From Bacteroidia bacterium (GTDB lineage: Bacteria > Bacteroidota > Bacteroidia > AKYH767-A > JBBKVM01), in contig JBBKWX010000039.1 in the NCBI GenBank assembly GCA_037969175.1, positions 3,752 to 67,751 of the forward strand: DNA of 64,000 nt. The letters run 5' to 3'. The notes under the pieces were generated by a model. The model made no database searches and was not told the DNA's origin. It was given only the letters and a program-made list of their open reading frames with translations. A program made the position numbers and the translations under genes. Positions 18,556 through 28,241 of the stretch are shown in pieces. Within the stretch, counting starts at the first letter, position 1; each line of letters begins with the position of its first letter.

Positions 18556-20934
18556 GTGAAAAAAATTCTATTCAGACTCTTGAGTATTTTCTTACTTAGC
18601 TGTGCCATTCCTACGGAGAGCATGGCTACTCATATAGTCGGAGGTGAATTGAATTATGTCTATCTGGGATCGAATCGATATGAAATAAGACTCACTGTCT
18701 ACAGAGACTGTTTCAATGGTGTTCCCCCTTTTGATGATCCTGCATTTCTCGGAATTTTCAATGGCTCAAATACACTTTTGACCTCGATTCAAATGGCATT
18801 GAGAACTATTGATACTTTACCCTCAGCTATCAATACACCCTGTTTCAATGCCCCATTGAGTATTTGTTATGAGATCACAACCTATATAGATACATTGGTT
18901 TTGCCACCCTCTGCAAGTGGTTATAAATTGGTTTATCAGCGCTGTTGTAGAAATCAAACTATATTAAACATCAATGACCCCGGAGCTACGGGTGCTGCTT
19001 ATATTGCCACAGTTCCGGGTTCTGCTGTGGCAACAAATAACAGTAATCCGATATTTAAAAACCTTCCACCGTCGTTTGTATGTGTTAATGCACCTTTCCT
19101 TTTTGACCATTCTGCAATAGACCCGGATGGTGATTCATTGGTTTATGAATTATGTGCCCCATTATCCGGTGGTGACCAGGTTGTGCCTCAACCTCAACCA
19201 CCATTTAATCCCCCCTATGCTCCTCCTTTCAATCCTGTAAATTGGAAAAGTCCATATAGCCTGAACAATTTATTTGGCGGAATACCACTCGTCATTGATT
19301 CAAATTCCGGACTGCTTTCAGCTGTACCAAATACGCAAGGACAATTTGTTTACGGCGTATGTGTAAAAGAATTTAGAAACGGAGTTTATATCAGTGAGAC
19401 CCGGAGAGATTTCCAGGCAAATGTTATTCAGTGTCCAACATTATTATTGAGCAGTTTTTTAGCACCCGAGTTCCAATGCGGAAATACAAATGTTTCATTT
19501 ATCAATCAAAGTATTGGAGCGGCTGCATTCCACTGGGATTTTGGAGTAACTGGCAGTAATGTGGATACATCAAATCAGATCAGCCCAAATTTCACTTACC
19601 CCGATACAGGAACTTACACTGTTACATTAATTGCGTATTCAGCAATTATTCCGGGTTGTACGGATACCATTAAAAAGATTATCAAGTTTTATCCGGAACT
19701 TATAACCAGTGCCGGTTTCTCAACCGATCCTTGTACCTATGGCGTACAATTTAATGACAGTACAGATCTGAGCAGTGGTCCTACGACCCAATGGCAGTGG
19801 CAGTTTGGCGATGCAGGAGTAAGTAATACCTCTGATCCAATGCATGTATATCCGGGAGCAGGAATATTCAACGGGCAATTGATTCAAACATCTACTGCCG
19901 GATGTAAAGATACCGTTGTGTTTTCTGTCGATCTCAAAAAAAGACTCCAAGCTGACCAGACCACATTTATCTCACCGGATTGTTTTGGAGTTTGCAACGC
20001 TACAGCCACTACCCTGTTCAGTGGCGGAATATCACCCTATATTATTCAGTGGAATGATCCTCTGAACCAACAAACACAAACTGCATCAGGACTCTGTGCG
20101 GGAGCATATCAAGTGTCCATCACAGACAGTAATAATTGTGTTGTTAATTCAAATATCAATATCAACCAACCTCCGCTGCTTACAGGTTCGATAGTTAGTT
20201 CTGAAGCCTATTGCAATGGTGCATGTATTGGTACTGCTTTCATCGCCACGTCCGGTGGGACATTGCCATTAACTTATCAATGGAATGACACGAATTTACA
20301 AACTACTGCTTATGCAACAGGCCTTTGTCAGGGTGTATACAATGTAATTGTAAGAGATACAAATGGCTGTATTTATTCCGATAGTGTAACAATTAATTCA
20401 AGTTCTTATCAACCTTCGGTCTCAGTTTTTGCTGATCCGGATACTGTTTTTGTTGGACAGACTTCACAGTTAACTTCTAACTTTCCACTGCCTGCTAATA
20501 TTGATTGGACACCTATACAAACATTGACTTCAACTACTATTAGCAACCCGATTGCTTTTCCCGGAGAGCTAACAACATACGTTTTAACAATCACAGATTC
20601 TTTAGGTTGTTCAAATTCTGATTCGGTAACAGTCTATGTTAAAACAACGATCTGCAGAGATCCCGAACTTTTTGTTCCTTCCGCATTCAGTCCAAATCAG
20701 GATGGCAAGAATGATATTTTATTTGTTAGAGGTAATGCGATAAAGGAATTATATTTTGCGGTCTATGACCGATGGGGAGAATTGGTTTTTGAAAGCAACA
20801 ATAAAACCATAGGATGGAATGGAATGCATAAAGGACAAGAAGCACATCCGGGAGTTTATGTTTATTATTTGAAAGCAATTTGTTTTGGCGAATCTGAATT
20901 TAAATACAAAGGAAATGTAACGTTATTGAGATGA
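18556..20934 (+). CDS. SprB-repeat surface adhesin with a T9SS type-B C-terminal sorting domain (gliding-motility-associated CTD).
   Basis: GTG start with signal peptide KKILFRLLSIFLLSCAIPTESMA. Tandem SprB-type repeats (...CFGVCNATATTLFSGGISPYIIQWND...GLCAGAYQVSITDSNNC... and ...CNGACIGTAFIATSGGTLPLTYQWND...GLCQGVYNVIVRDTNGC). C-terminus ...FSPNQDGKNDILFVRGNAIKELYFAVYDRWGELVFESNN...WNGMHKGQEAHPGVYVYYL... is a type-B CTD. Confidence 0.8.
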   Translation: MKKILFRLLSIFLLSCAIPTESMATHIVGGELNYVYLGSNRYEIRLTVYRDCFNGVPPFDDPAFLGIFNGSNTLLTSIQMALRTIDTLPSAINTPCFNAPLSICYEITTYIDTLVLPPSASGYKLVYQRCCRNQTILNINDPGATGAAYIATVPGSAVATNNSNPIFKNLPPSFVCVNAPFLFDHSAIDPDGDSLVYELCAPLSGGDQVVPQPQPPFNPPYAPPFNPVNWKSPYSLNNLFGGIPLVIDSNSGLLSAVPNTQGQFVYGVCVKEFRNGVYISETRRDFQANVIQCPTLLLSSFLAPEFQCGNTNVSFINQSIGAAAFHWDFGVTGSNVDTSNQISPNFTYPDTGTYTVTLIAYSAIIPGCTDTIKKIIKFYPELITSAGFSTDPCTYGVQFNDSTDLSSGPTTQWQWQFGDAGVSNTSDPMHVYPGAGIFNGQLIQTSTAGCKDTVVFSVDLKKRLQADQTTFISPDCFGVCNATATTLFSGGISPYIIQWNDPLNQQTQTASGLCAGAYQVSITDSNNCVVNSNININQPPLLTGSIVSSEAYCNGACIGTAFIATSGGTLPLTYQWNDTNLQTTAYATGLCQGVYNVIVRDTNGCIYSDSVTINSSSYQPSVSVFADPDTVFVGQTSQLTSNFPLPANIDWTPIQTLTSTTISNPIAFPGELTTYVLTITDSLGCSNSDSVTVYVKTTICRDPELFVPSAFSPNQDGKNDILFVRGNAIKELYFAVYDRWGELVFESNNKTIGWNGMHKGQEAHPGVYVYYLKAICFGESEFKYKGNVTLLR

Positions 20935-21947
20935 GGAAAGTAATTTGCCATATCTTTTTCCTTTTGGTTGTTGGTATTTCATCATCAGCCCAGGATGTTC
21001 ATTTCGGCCAAACTGTTTTTGTTCCGGTTCATCAAAACCCTGCTAATACAGGAAATTATGATGGGAATTATCGCTTTGCCGGTATCTATAGAAATCAATG
21101 GCGATCTGTAACTGTACCTTATGTAAGTACAGGAATTTCTGCTGAGTTAGCTTCGCAAAGAACTCCGGATGCAAAAAACAGATTGGGATTTGGTTTTCAG
21201 ATTATAAGAGATCAGGCAGGAGACGGGAATTTGCTAAGCTTAGATCCGGCAATTTCAGCAGCTTATTACGTGAAGCCCAAAGGTGATAGTGGGATGTATG
21301 TTGGACTTGGAGTAAATGCAGGAATTGGTATTCGAAGAATTGATTACTCCGCATTCACTTTTGATGATCAGTTTGATGGAGATCAATTTAATCCCGGGCT
21401 AGCTACTAATGAACTTTTCCCCAACAATAGTTTTTCATATCCGGATTTAGGACTGGGATTTAGTATTGGGAGTAGCTATCTAAAAAAAACAAGATTCTAT
21501 TTATCAGCCGCAATATTGCATATCAACAAGCCTGAACAAGGATTTGCTTACTCTTCTAAAAAGCAGCTGGCGATGAGAAATGTAGCAGATGCCGGTATGA
21601 GTTTTCCTGTATCAAAGTTGATACAGTTAGAACCCGGGATCAGAACATTAATGCAAGGAGAATTTTCCGAGATCCGGGTTGGAGGAGATCTGAAATTTGG
21701 TTTGAGAAAAGCATTTTTAAATCCTCCGGCACTGATACTGGGAGGATGGTATAGAACAGGAGATGCATTGATCGCGAAAATTGGTTGGAAAAAAGATAAT
21801 CTCGAAGCAGGAATAAGTTATGATTTCACTATTTCAAATTTACAAGAAGTCAATAATAACAAAGGCGGATTAGAATTTGGGCTAGTCTATATCATTAAAA
21901 AAGTACCCAAGGTAAATCCTAATAAGGCAGGTTGTCCGGTGTTATGA
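20931..21947 (+). CDS. PorP/SprF-family type IX secretion outer-membrane protein.
   Basis: N-terminus ...AQDVHFGQTVFVPVHQNPANTG...RFAGIYRNQWRSV matches the PorP/SprF family signature. Its ATG overlaps the upstream type-B cargo stop (ATGA). Confidence 0.85.
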   Translation: MRKVICHIFFLLVVGISSSAQDVHFGQTVFVPVHQNPANTGNYDGNYRFAGIYRNQWRSVTVPYVSTGISAELASQRTPDAKNRLGFGFQIIRDQAGDGNLLSLDPAISAAYYVKPKGDSGMYVGLGVNAGIGIRRIDYSAFTFDDQFDGDQFNPGLATNELFPNNSFSYPDLGLGFSIGSSYLKKTRFYLSAAILHINKPEQGFAYSSKKQLAMRNVADAGMSFPVSKLIQLEPGIRTLMQGEFSEIRVGGDLKFGLRKAFLNPPALILGGWYRTGDALIAKIGWKKDNLEAGISYDFTISNLQEVNNNKGGLEFGLVYIIKKVPKVNPNKAGCPVL

Positions 21948-23890
21948 GCAAGAAGCTATCATTTATTTTTTTGTGTGTGCTCATGACCTTTTCCATTTGC
22001 GGGAATGGGCAAACAAGAAATGCTTGGTTGAATGCCGGTGTGAAATCATTAAATGGAAATGACTTTATTTCTGCGAGTTATTATCTTGAACGCGCATTCT
22101 TAATGGACAGTACTGATGTAAGTACAGCATTGCTTTATGGCAAGGCCTTGGAGGGCATGAGAGATTATGACAGATCTCTTTCTTTGTATGGTTGGCTTAG
22201 TACAAATGATGCAATATGGCAATATCCCCAATTTGTATTTGAATTCGGAATGAACTTAAAACGAATTGGAGAATACGAACAAGCCGGGCTTGCATTTGGA
22301 TTTTGTTATGGAATGATGAAATCTGATACAGCATATTTTGCAAGAAGAAGTTTACATGAGATATCAGCATGCAAAGAAGCCAGGGAATTAATTAATAATC
22401 CTCTACAAACAGTACCAGAAAATATGGGCAAAAAGGTCAACAGTCCTTTTTCTGAAGGTGGGGCTAGAACAGATCTTTCCGGAAATTTATTTTACTATTC
22501 GAATAAATTCATCAAGAAAAATAAAAAGAATAAACCGGTTTATCAAAGTCGTTTACTAAAACTGGAACCTAATTCTTCCAGACCAAAAGAATTGGAAAGT
22601 TCGATCAATGAAAATGGATACGATTTAGGTTCAGTCTCATTGAATAAAGCTGGGAATATTTTGTATTTCAGCAAATGTGAGAATCTGGAAAATGGGGAAC
22701 GCATTTGTACAATATGGAAAAGTAAACTTGAAAATAAAAAATGGAGTAACAGTGTTCTGTTGGATGAACGGATCAACTATCCCGGGAGTAGCACAGGTTT
22801 CCCGCACATTGTAGACTCTGAAAATAACCACGATATTTTATTTTTTAGCAGCAATAGATCCGGAGGTTTCGGTAAATGGGATGTCTGGTTTTCTGAGATC
22901 GACAGCTCAGGGAATTTCTCTGATGCAAAAAATGCAGGTAGCATGATCAATACGGAAGAAAATGAGATCAGTCCTGCAACAGATGATAGCTTACATATCA
23001 TCTATTTTAGTAGTGATGGTCATAAAAGTCTGGGTGGCTTAGATATTTTTTACAGCAGAAAAAAGGATAGTACATGGACTCAACCAGTCAACATAGGATA
23101 TCCCATTAATTCATCAGCTGATGAACATTCATTCTTCAGAGAGAGTACTGAAGACCATGTAACCTATTTGGCCAGTAACCGCACCGGTTCTCAGTCTTAT
23201 GAAGGAAGTACGTGTTGTTTTGATCTGTATAAATTTGAATTGTATGAGTTGCGAGACAAACCGGAAATGATTCAATTGCCTTTGGTTAGAATGAGAGAGA
23301 TCTTGCCGTTTGATCTATTTTTTCATAATGATGAGCCCGATGCGCGCTCGACTAAAACAGAAACAAAAAAAGAATATGATCAGGTCTATCGCGAGTATAT
23401 TAAATTATATTCTCAATATTTAAAAGGATTTACCGCAAACATGTCAATTCCGATGAAGGACTCGGCTAGAAAAGAGGTTGATAGTTTTTTCACAGACCAT
23501 TTGAAAAAAGGAAAGAAAGAACTTGATGATTTCTTAGACATTTTAACGGAGGCTCTGGAAGATGGTGATTCGTTTGAAGTTACATTGATGGGGTTTACAA
23601 GTCCTCTTGCAAAAGACGATTATAATTTGAAACTAGCTTCAAGAAGGATTTCAAGTGTTGAAAAATATATTGGGAAATACAATAATGGAGCATTGAAAAA
23701 CTATTTAAATCCTTCTGATAATTCTACGCCTCGATTAATTTTGAAAAGAGAGGCGCTTGGAGAAAGTCTTGCTTCTACAGAAGTGAGTGATGATCCACAT
23801 AATTTACGAGAGTCAATTTACAGCCCGAAAGCCTCAAAAGAAAGAAGAATCAGGGTAGTCGGAATAAATCCCATTTCAATTCCGGATTGA
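21944..23890 (+). CDS. OmpA-family (peptidoglycan-binding) protein with TPR and TolB/WD40-like propeller repeats; PorE-like architecture.
   Basis: Signal/lipo-type N-terminus MSKKLSFIFLCVLMTFSICGNGQ. Repeated ...IYFSSD/...LASNRTG... propeller motifs. C-terminal OmpA_C motif TLMGFTSPLAKDDYNLKLASRRISSV. The ATG at 21944 forms ATGA with the PorP/SprF stop. Confidence 0.75.
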   Translation: MSKKLSFIFLCVLMTFSICGNGQTRNAWLNAGVKSLNGNDFISASYYLERAFLMDSTDVSTALLYGKALEGMRDYDRSLSLYGWLSTNDAIWQYPQFVFEFGMNLKRIGEYEQAGLAFGFCYGMMKSDTAYFARRSLHEISACKEARELINNPLQTVPENMGKKVNSPFSEGGARTDLSGNLFYYSNKFIKKNKKNKPVYQSRLLKLEPNSSRPKELESSINENGYDLGSVSLNKAGNILYFSKCENLENGERICTIWKSKLENKKWSNSVLLDERINYPGSSTGFPHIVDSENNHDILFFSSNRSGGFGKWDVWFSEIDSSGNFSDAKNAGSMINTEENEISPATDDSLHIIYFSSDGHKSLGGLDIFYSRKKDSTWTQPVNIGYPINSSADEHSFFRESTEDHVTYLASNRTGSQSYEGSTCCFDLYKFELYELRDKPEMIQLPLVRMREILPFDLFFHNDEPDARSTKTETKKEYDQVYREYIKLYSQYLKGFTANMSIPMKDSARKEVDSFFTDHLKKGKKELDDFLDILTEALEDGDSFEVTLMGFTSPLAKDDYNLKLASRRISSVEKYIGKYNNGALKNYLNPSDNSTPRLILKREALGESLASTEVSDDPHNLRESIYSPKASKERRIRVVGINPISIPD

Positions 23891-23932
23891 AGGTCTGTAG
23901 AAAATGTTTATTTTTGAGACAAACAAGCATTC

Positions 23933-25564
23933 ATGCGCTCTATTGCACTAATCACTACTATTTTTTTAATTCAGAGTTTCACAACAAGTGCCCAAAACCT
24001 GGTACCAAACCCCAGTTTTGAGACAAGTTCCTCTTGCCCTACCGGATTAAGTCAACTTGTAATATGTGGTCCATGGAGTGATCCTGCATTCAGTTCATCA
24101 ACTTCCGATTACTTCAATGCTTGTATGATCCCTATCGGAAATTGCAATGATGTAAGTGTTCCAAATAATTTTGTTGGGAATGCTTTAGCAAGAACCGGTG
24201 ATGCATATGCCGGAATAATTTGTAAATATAGTACCGCAAACCTGCGCGAATATCTCCAGGTACAACTAACTTCTTCAATGGTTGCAGGTACTAACTATAT
24301 TGTTGAAGCATGGGTAAGAAGAGCTCCAAATTGCAGATACGGTGTATCAAATATTGGATTGTATGTTTCTTCAGGCGCTGCTATCCAACCCGGAAATGTT
24401 AACATCCCTGTTACTCCTCAAGTCGAAAGTTCAGCTCCAATTACAAATAGCGCAGGCTGGACTTTAATCACCTCTATCTACACAGCTGCAGGCGGAGAGA
24501 ACTTCGTAACAATAGGCAGTTTCAGATCTGATGCGAACACAAATGTGATCGATTTGGGACCGAGTGGAACTCCTTGCCCTATTCCAATGAATGCAGCTTA
24601 TTATTATGTAGATGATGTGAGAGTTGAACAGATCCAGGAGATAGTAGAAATATACGGTGATACATTGATGTGCGTTGGTAGTAACTTGACTCTTGAAGCG
24701 GACGCAAATGTGGTTTTCTTTTGGTCTTCAAATTCTTCCGGTACCGATACATTGAGTACTGACACTTTATTTCAGGTAAGTCCTCTGATCAACACAACTT
24801 ATTTCCTGCATGGTATACAAACCATGGATTCAATCACTGTATATGTACTTCCTATTCCTGCCCCGGATCTTGGTGCTGACGATACGATATGTGCAAATAC
24901 TTCTATTGTATTAGATGCAGGTTATCCCGGCTCGACATATTTTTGGTCCACCGGCCAAAGAACTCAAAAGATCAATGTTTCCAATGCCGGAATTTATTGG
25001 GTGCGAGTTGATAATGGGGCTTGTGCCGGATGGGATTCGACACAGGTAACTGTTCTGCCAAATCCATTGGTTGAATTGGGAAATACCAGCGTGTTTTGTC
25101 CTTACCTCGATCTGTATGTCGACCTGACCGCGAATACAGGTACAGCATGGGTCTGGTCACCCGGGATGGACACCAGCCGTACGATTCGAGTTACGAAAGC
25201 AGGATTATATAGTATCAGTATTCTTCAGAGTAATGGTTGTGAAAGTTCAGATAGTGTATATGTGATTGAACAGTGTCCGGCTTCCATTTATCTTCCTTCC
25301 GGATTTACACCAAACGGTGATGGATCAAATGATTATTTTGTACCCGTAGGAACACAAATCAGTTCTTATAAATTAAGGATCTTTGATCGATGGGGATCGA
25401 TGGTTTTTGAATCCTCAGATCAAGATCAAGGTTGGGATGGGAAAATAAAAGGTAATTATGCATCCGTGGGAGTCTATATCTGGGTTTGTGAATTTAAGGG
25501 ACCGGATGAATATGGGGTATTAACTGATCAAACTATAAGAGGCCGGGTTAATCTTATTCGCTAG
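23933..25564 (+). CDS. Secreted protein with a T9SS type-B C-terminal sorting domain (gliding-motility-associated CTD).
   Basis: Signal peptide MRSIALITTIFLIQSFTTSAQ. C-terminus ...CPASIYLPSGFTPNGDGSNDYFVPVG...YKLRIFDRWGSMVFES...WDGKIKGNYASVGVYIWVCEF... Confidence 0.8.
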   Translation: MRSIALITTIFLIQSFTTSAQNLVPNPSFETSSSCPTGLSQLVICGPWSDPAFSSSTSDYFNACMIPIGNCNDVSVPNNFVGNALARTGDAYAGIICKYSTANLREYLQVQLTSSMVAGTNYIVEAWVRRAPNCRYGVSNIGLYVSSGAAIQPGNVNIPVTPQVESSAPITNSAGWTLITSIYTAAGGENFVTIGSFRSDANTNVIDLGPSGTPCPIPMNAAYYYVDDVRVEQIQEIVEIYGDTLMCVGSNLTLEADANVVFFWSSNSSGTDTLSTDTLFQVSPLINTTYFLHGIQTMDSITVYVLPIPAPDLGADDTICANTSIVLDAGYPGSTYFWSTGQRTQKINVSNAGIYWVRVDNGACAGWDSTQVTVLPNPLVELGNTSVFCPYLDLYVDLTANTGTAWVWSPGMDTSRTIRVTKAGLYSISILQSNGCESSDSVYVIEQCPASIYLPSGFTPNGDGSNDYFVPVGTQISSYKLRIFDRWGSMVFESSDQDQGWDGKIKGNYASVGVYIWVCEFKGPDEYGVLTDQTIRGRVNLIR

Positions 25565-25624
25565 TATTAATATATTCTTTCAAAATTTCTTAAATTGCTA
25601 ATAGTAGAATCGAATCACTAAGTT

Positions 25625-28216
25625 ATGCCAGAACGTTTAACAGAAATCCAACTTGAATCACAGATTGAGGTCGCTCTTGAACTTGCGGGTAGGAATGTTT
25701 CTGAAGGTATTCGATTGTTGGAAAGTGCTAAAACTCAAGCTGAAATTCTTCAATATCCTTTAGGAAAAGCAAGATGTTTGTGTTACTTAGGGGTTTGTTA
25801 TTTCAAGAAATCTCATCATAAAGATGCAATAAAATATCTTGTAGAAGCTGTACAGATCCTTGAAGATATTCAGAATCCGGAGGCTTTGATCGAATGTTAT
25901 AAAAAATTGGCTGATGTCTATTTTGATGTCGGGGATTATGAACATTCACTCGAAACAATTCTATTGGCATTGCCCCTCACAAGAGTTTCAAATAATATTC
26001 AAGAGGAAGCTAAACTGCGAATATTTATTGGAAACATTTACAGAAGTATTCGTGAATACGATAAGTCAATTGAAGAGTATCGTTATGCACTAAAGATCTT
26101 TGAAAAGGAAGGTCAAAAGGCAGAAATGGTGAATGCATTATTTCATATTGGCAATGCTTATAACTGGGCTGATCAACTCGATGCTTCATTAAGTTATCTT
26201 GAGAAAAGTCTAGAAGTTGCAGAAGAACTAAAAGATCTGAGTTTGACTGTGAAACCCCTAGCCAGTCTAGCGATATTATATACCAAACTTCAAAAAACAG
26301 ATCTTGCTCTTGACTATTTCTACAGAGCAATTGACTGTGCCAATTTTGTAAATGATCAAAGGATCAAAGCGGATATATTAAAGAGTCTTGGTAATCTTTA
26401 TCTTGAAAAAGGAGATTATGCAAAAGCAATTGAATCCCTGATAGAGAGTCTCCAAATTTGCAGGGAATTAAATCTGACACTACCAACAAATCTTGTTCAT
26501 CAATTTCTTTCCATGGCATATGAGAAAATAGGTGAATATCAAAAAGCACTTGATCATCATAAACAATATAATGAATTGATGGAGGTGATCACACAGGAAG
26601 AGATCAACATAAAGACGAAAGGAATACAGGTGAGGTTTGATATGGAGGAGTTGAAAAAAGATAAAGAGCTTGCTGAAAGATCCGCTTCCCTTAAAGATCA
26701 ATTTCTTGCCAACGTAAGTCATGAGATAAGAACTCCTATGAATGGCATCTTGGGTATGGTAGCTTTACTTGAAGATACATCTCTGGATCCCGATCAGGTA
26801 GATTATACAAATGCCATCCGATTATCAGCAAATAATCTGGTTGTGATCATCAATGATCTACTTGATATTGCCAAGATAAATGCAGGGAAAATGGAACTTA
26901 ATCTTGAACCATTTCTCATTGAAGAGATCCTTGAAAACCTGATCCATTTTCAACATTTAAAAGCAGAAGAAAAGGGTATCAGATTGGAGTTGAAACGTGA
27001 AGCCGGAGTACCTGATGCCATCATGGTTGATCATGTCAGGTTAAATCAGATCTTATTGAACATAGTGAGCAATGCTATAAAATTCACTGAAGAAGGAAGT
27101 GTGAAGTTGAAAATAAGTGCTTTGGAAGTAAATGAAAAAACTTCCAGATTAAAATTTGAAGTTATCGATACAGGAATAGGAATACCTGAAGAAGTTTTAC
27201 CCAATATCTTTAATAGTTTTACTCAGGCTTCCAATGACCTGAGTAAGAAATATCAGGGTACGGGTTTAGGGCTAACAATAGTAAAGCAATTGGTAGAGTT
27301 ACACGGTGGAATAATCCATGTCGTCAGCAAACTAAATATCGGAAGCCACTTTACTGTTGAAATTCCGTTTCAGATAGCATCTAGAAATCAAATTCCTGAC
27401 AAAAAGAAAAACAATCCGGTTGTCAAACAAAGTGAACTTGAACAGTCGCATGAAGGACAGCATATACTACTAGTTGAGGACAATAAGATAAATCAATTTC
27501 TTGCAAAACGACTGCTTGAAAAACATGGATTTAGTCTTGACATGGCTAGTAATGGAGAAGAAGCTATTGAACTGATCAAAGAAAAATATTTTGATCTTGT
27601 ATTGATGGATGTACAAATGCCGGGCATGAATGGCTATGAGTTAACAGGATATATCCGGAATACTATGGGTATAACGGGAGATGATCTTCCAATTGTTGCT
27701 CTTACAGCCTATGCAAGCAGTATGGAAAAAGAAAAAGCTATCAGTGCCGGAATGAATGATTATTTAAGTAAGCCTTATTCACCAAATGAATTGGTTACTA
27801 CCATTGGACGTAATATAAAACACAATGGAATTGAAGTAGCTACTGATTCATCAAGCTCAATTGAACTTTATCCGGATTGGTATTTAAATTTGATCAAACT
27901 GGTTGGCAATGAAAAATCGGAGTTAATTGAAGTCATCGAAATGGTGCTTGAACAAATTCCGGAGAGTATAGACAGCCTCGATCGTTCATTAAGCAGTTCA
28001 GACTGGGATGAATTCCACAGAGTATCACACAAAATAAAATCATCACTTAGCATTCTAGGAGTAAAAGAAATAAAAGAGCCCCTTTTCAGAATGCATGATC
28101 TTGCGATGTTGAAACAAGAGTTGCATGAAATTCCTGACTTATATACAGATTTCAAAACTCATTGCAATGGAATTACTGCTTCACTTCGTTCTGAATTAAG
28201 CAAGTTGAAAGAATGA
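25625..28216 (+). CDS. Cytoplasmic hybrid sensor histidine kinase: TPR repeats, HisKA, HATPase_c, receiver, Hpt.
   Basis: N-terminal TPR-like repeats. H-box [22 protein letters not shown]-binding G-boxes ([17 protein letters not shown]). Receiver [11 protein letters not shown]...[17 protein letters not shown]...KPY. C-terminal Hpt ...[16 protein letters not shown]. No TM helices. Confidence 0.85.
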   Translation: MPERLTEIQLESQIEVALELAGRNVSEGIRLLESAKTQAEILQYPLGKARCLCYLGVCYFKKSHHKDAIKYLVEAVQILEDIQNPEALIECYKKLADVYFDVGDYEHSLETILLALPLTRVSNNIQEEAKLRIFIGNIYRSIREYDKSIEEYRYALKIFEKEGQKAEMVNALFHIGNAYNWADQLDASLSYLEKSLEVAEELKDLSLTVKPLASLAILYTKLQKTDLALDYFYRAIDCANFVNDQRIKADILKSLGNLYLEKGDYAKAIESLIESLQICRELNLTLPTNLVHQFLSMAYEKIGEYQKALDHHKQYNELMEVITQEEINIKTKGIQVRFDMEELKKDKELAERSASLKDQFLANVSHEIRTPMNGILGMVALLEDTSLDPDQVDYTNAIRLSANNLVVIINDLLDIAKINAGKMELNLEPFLIEEILENLIHFQHLKAEEKGIRLELKREAGVPDAIMVDHVRLNQILLNIVSNAIKFTEEGSVKLKISALEVNEKTSRLKFEVIDTGIGIPEEVLPNIFNSFTQASNDLSKKYQGTGLGLTIVKQLVELHGGIIHVVSKLNIGSHFTVEIPFQIASRNQIPDKKKNNPVVKQSELEQSHEGQHILLVEDNKINQFLAKRLLEKHGFSLDMASNGEEAIELIKEKYFDLVLMDVQMPGMNGYELTGYIRNTMGITGDDLPIVALTAYASSMEKEKAISAGMNDYLSKPYSPNELVTTIGRNIKHNGIEVATDSSSSIELYPDWYLNLIKLVGNEKSELIEVIEMVLEQIPESIDSLDRSLSSSDWDEFHRVSHKIKSSLSILGVKEIKEPLFRMHDLAMLKQELHEIPDLYTDFKTHCNGITASLRSELSKLKE

Positions 28217-28241
28217 TCTTTCAGAGTTACCTACTTCTATA

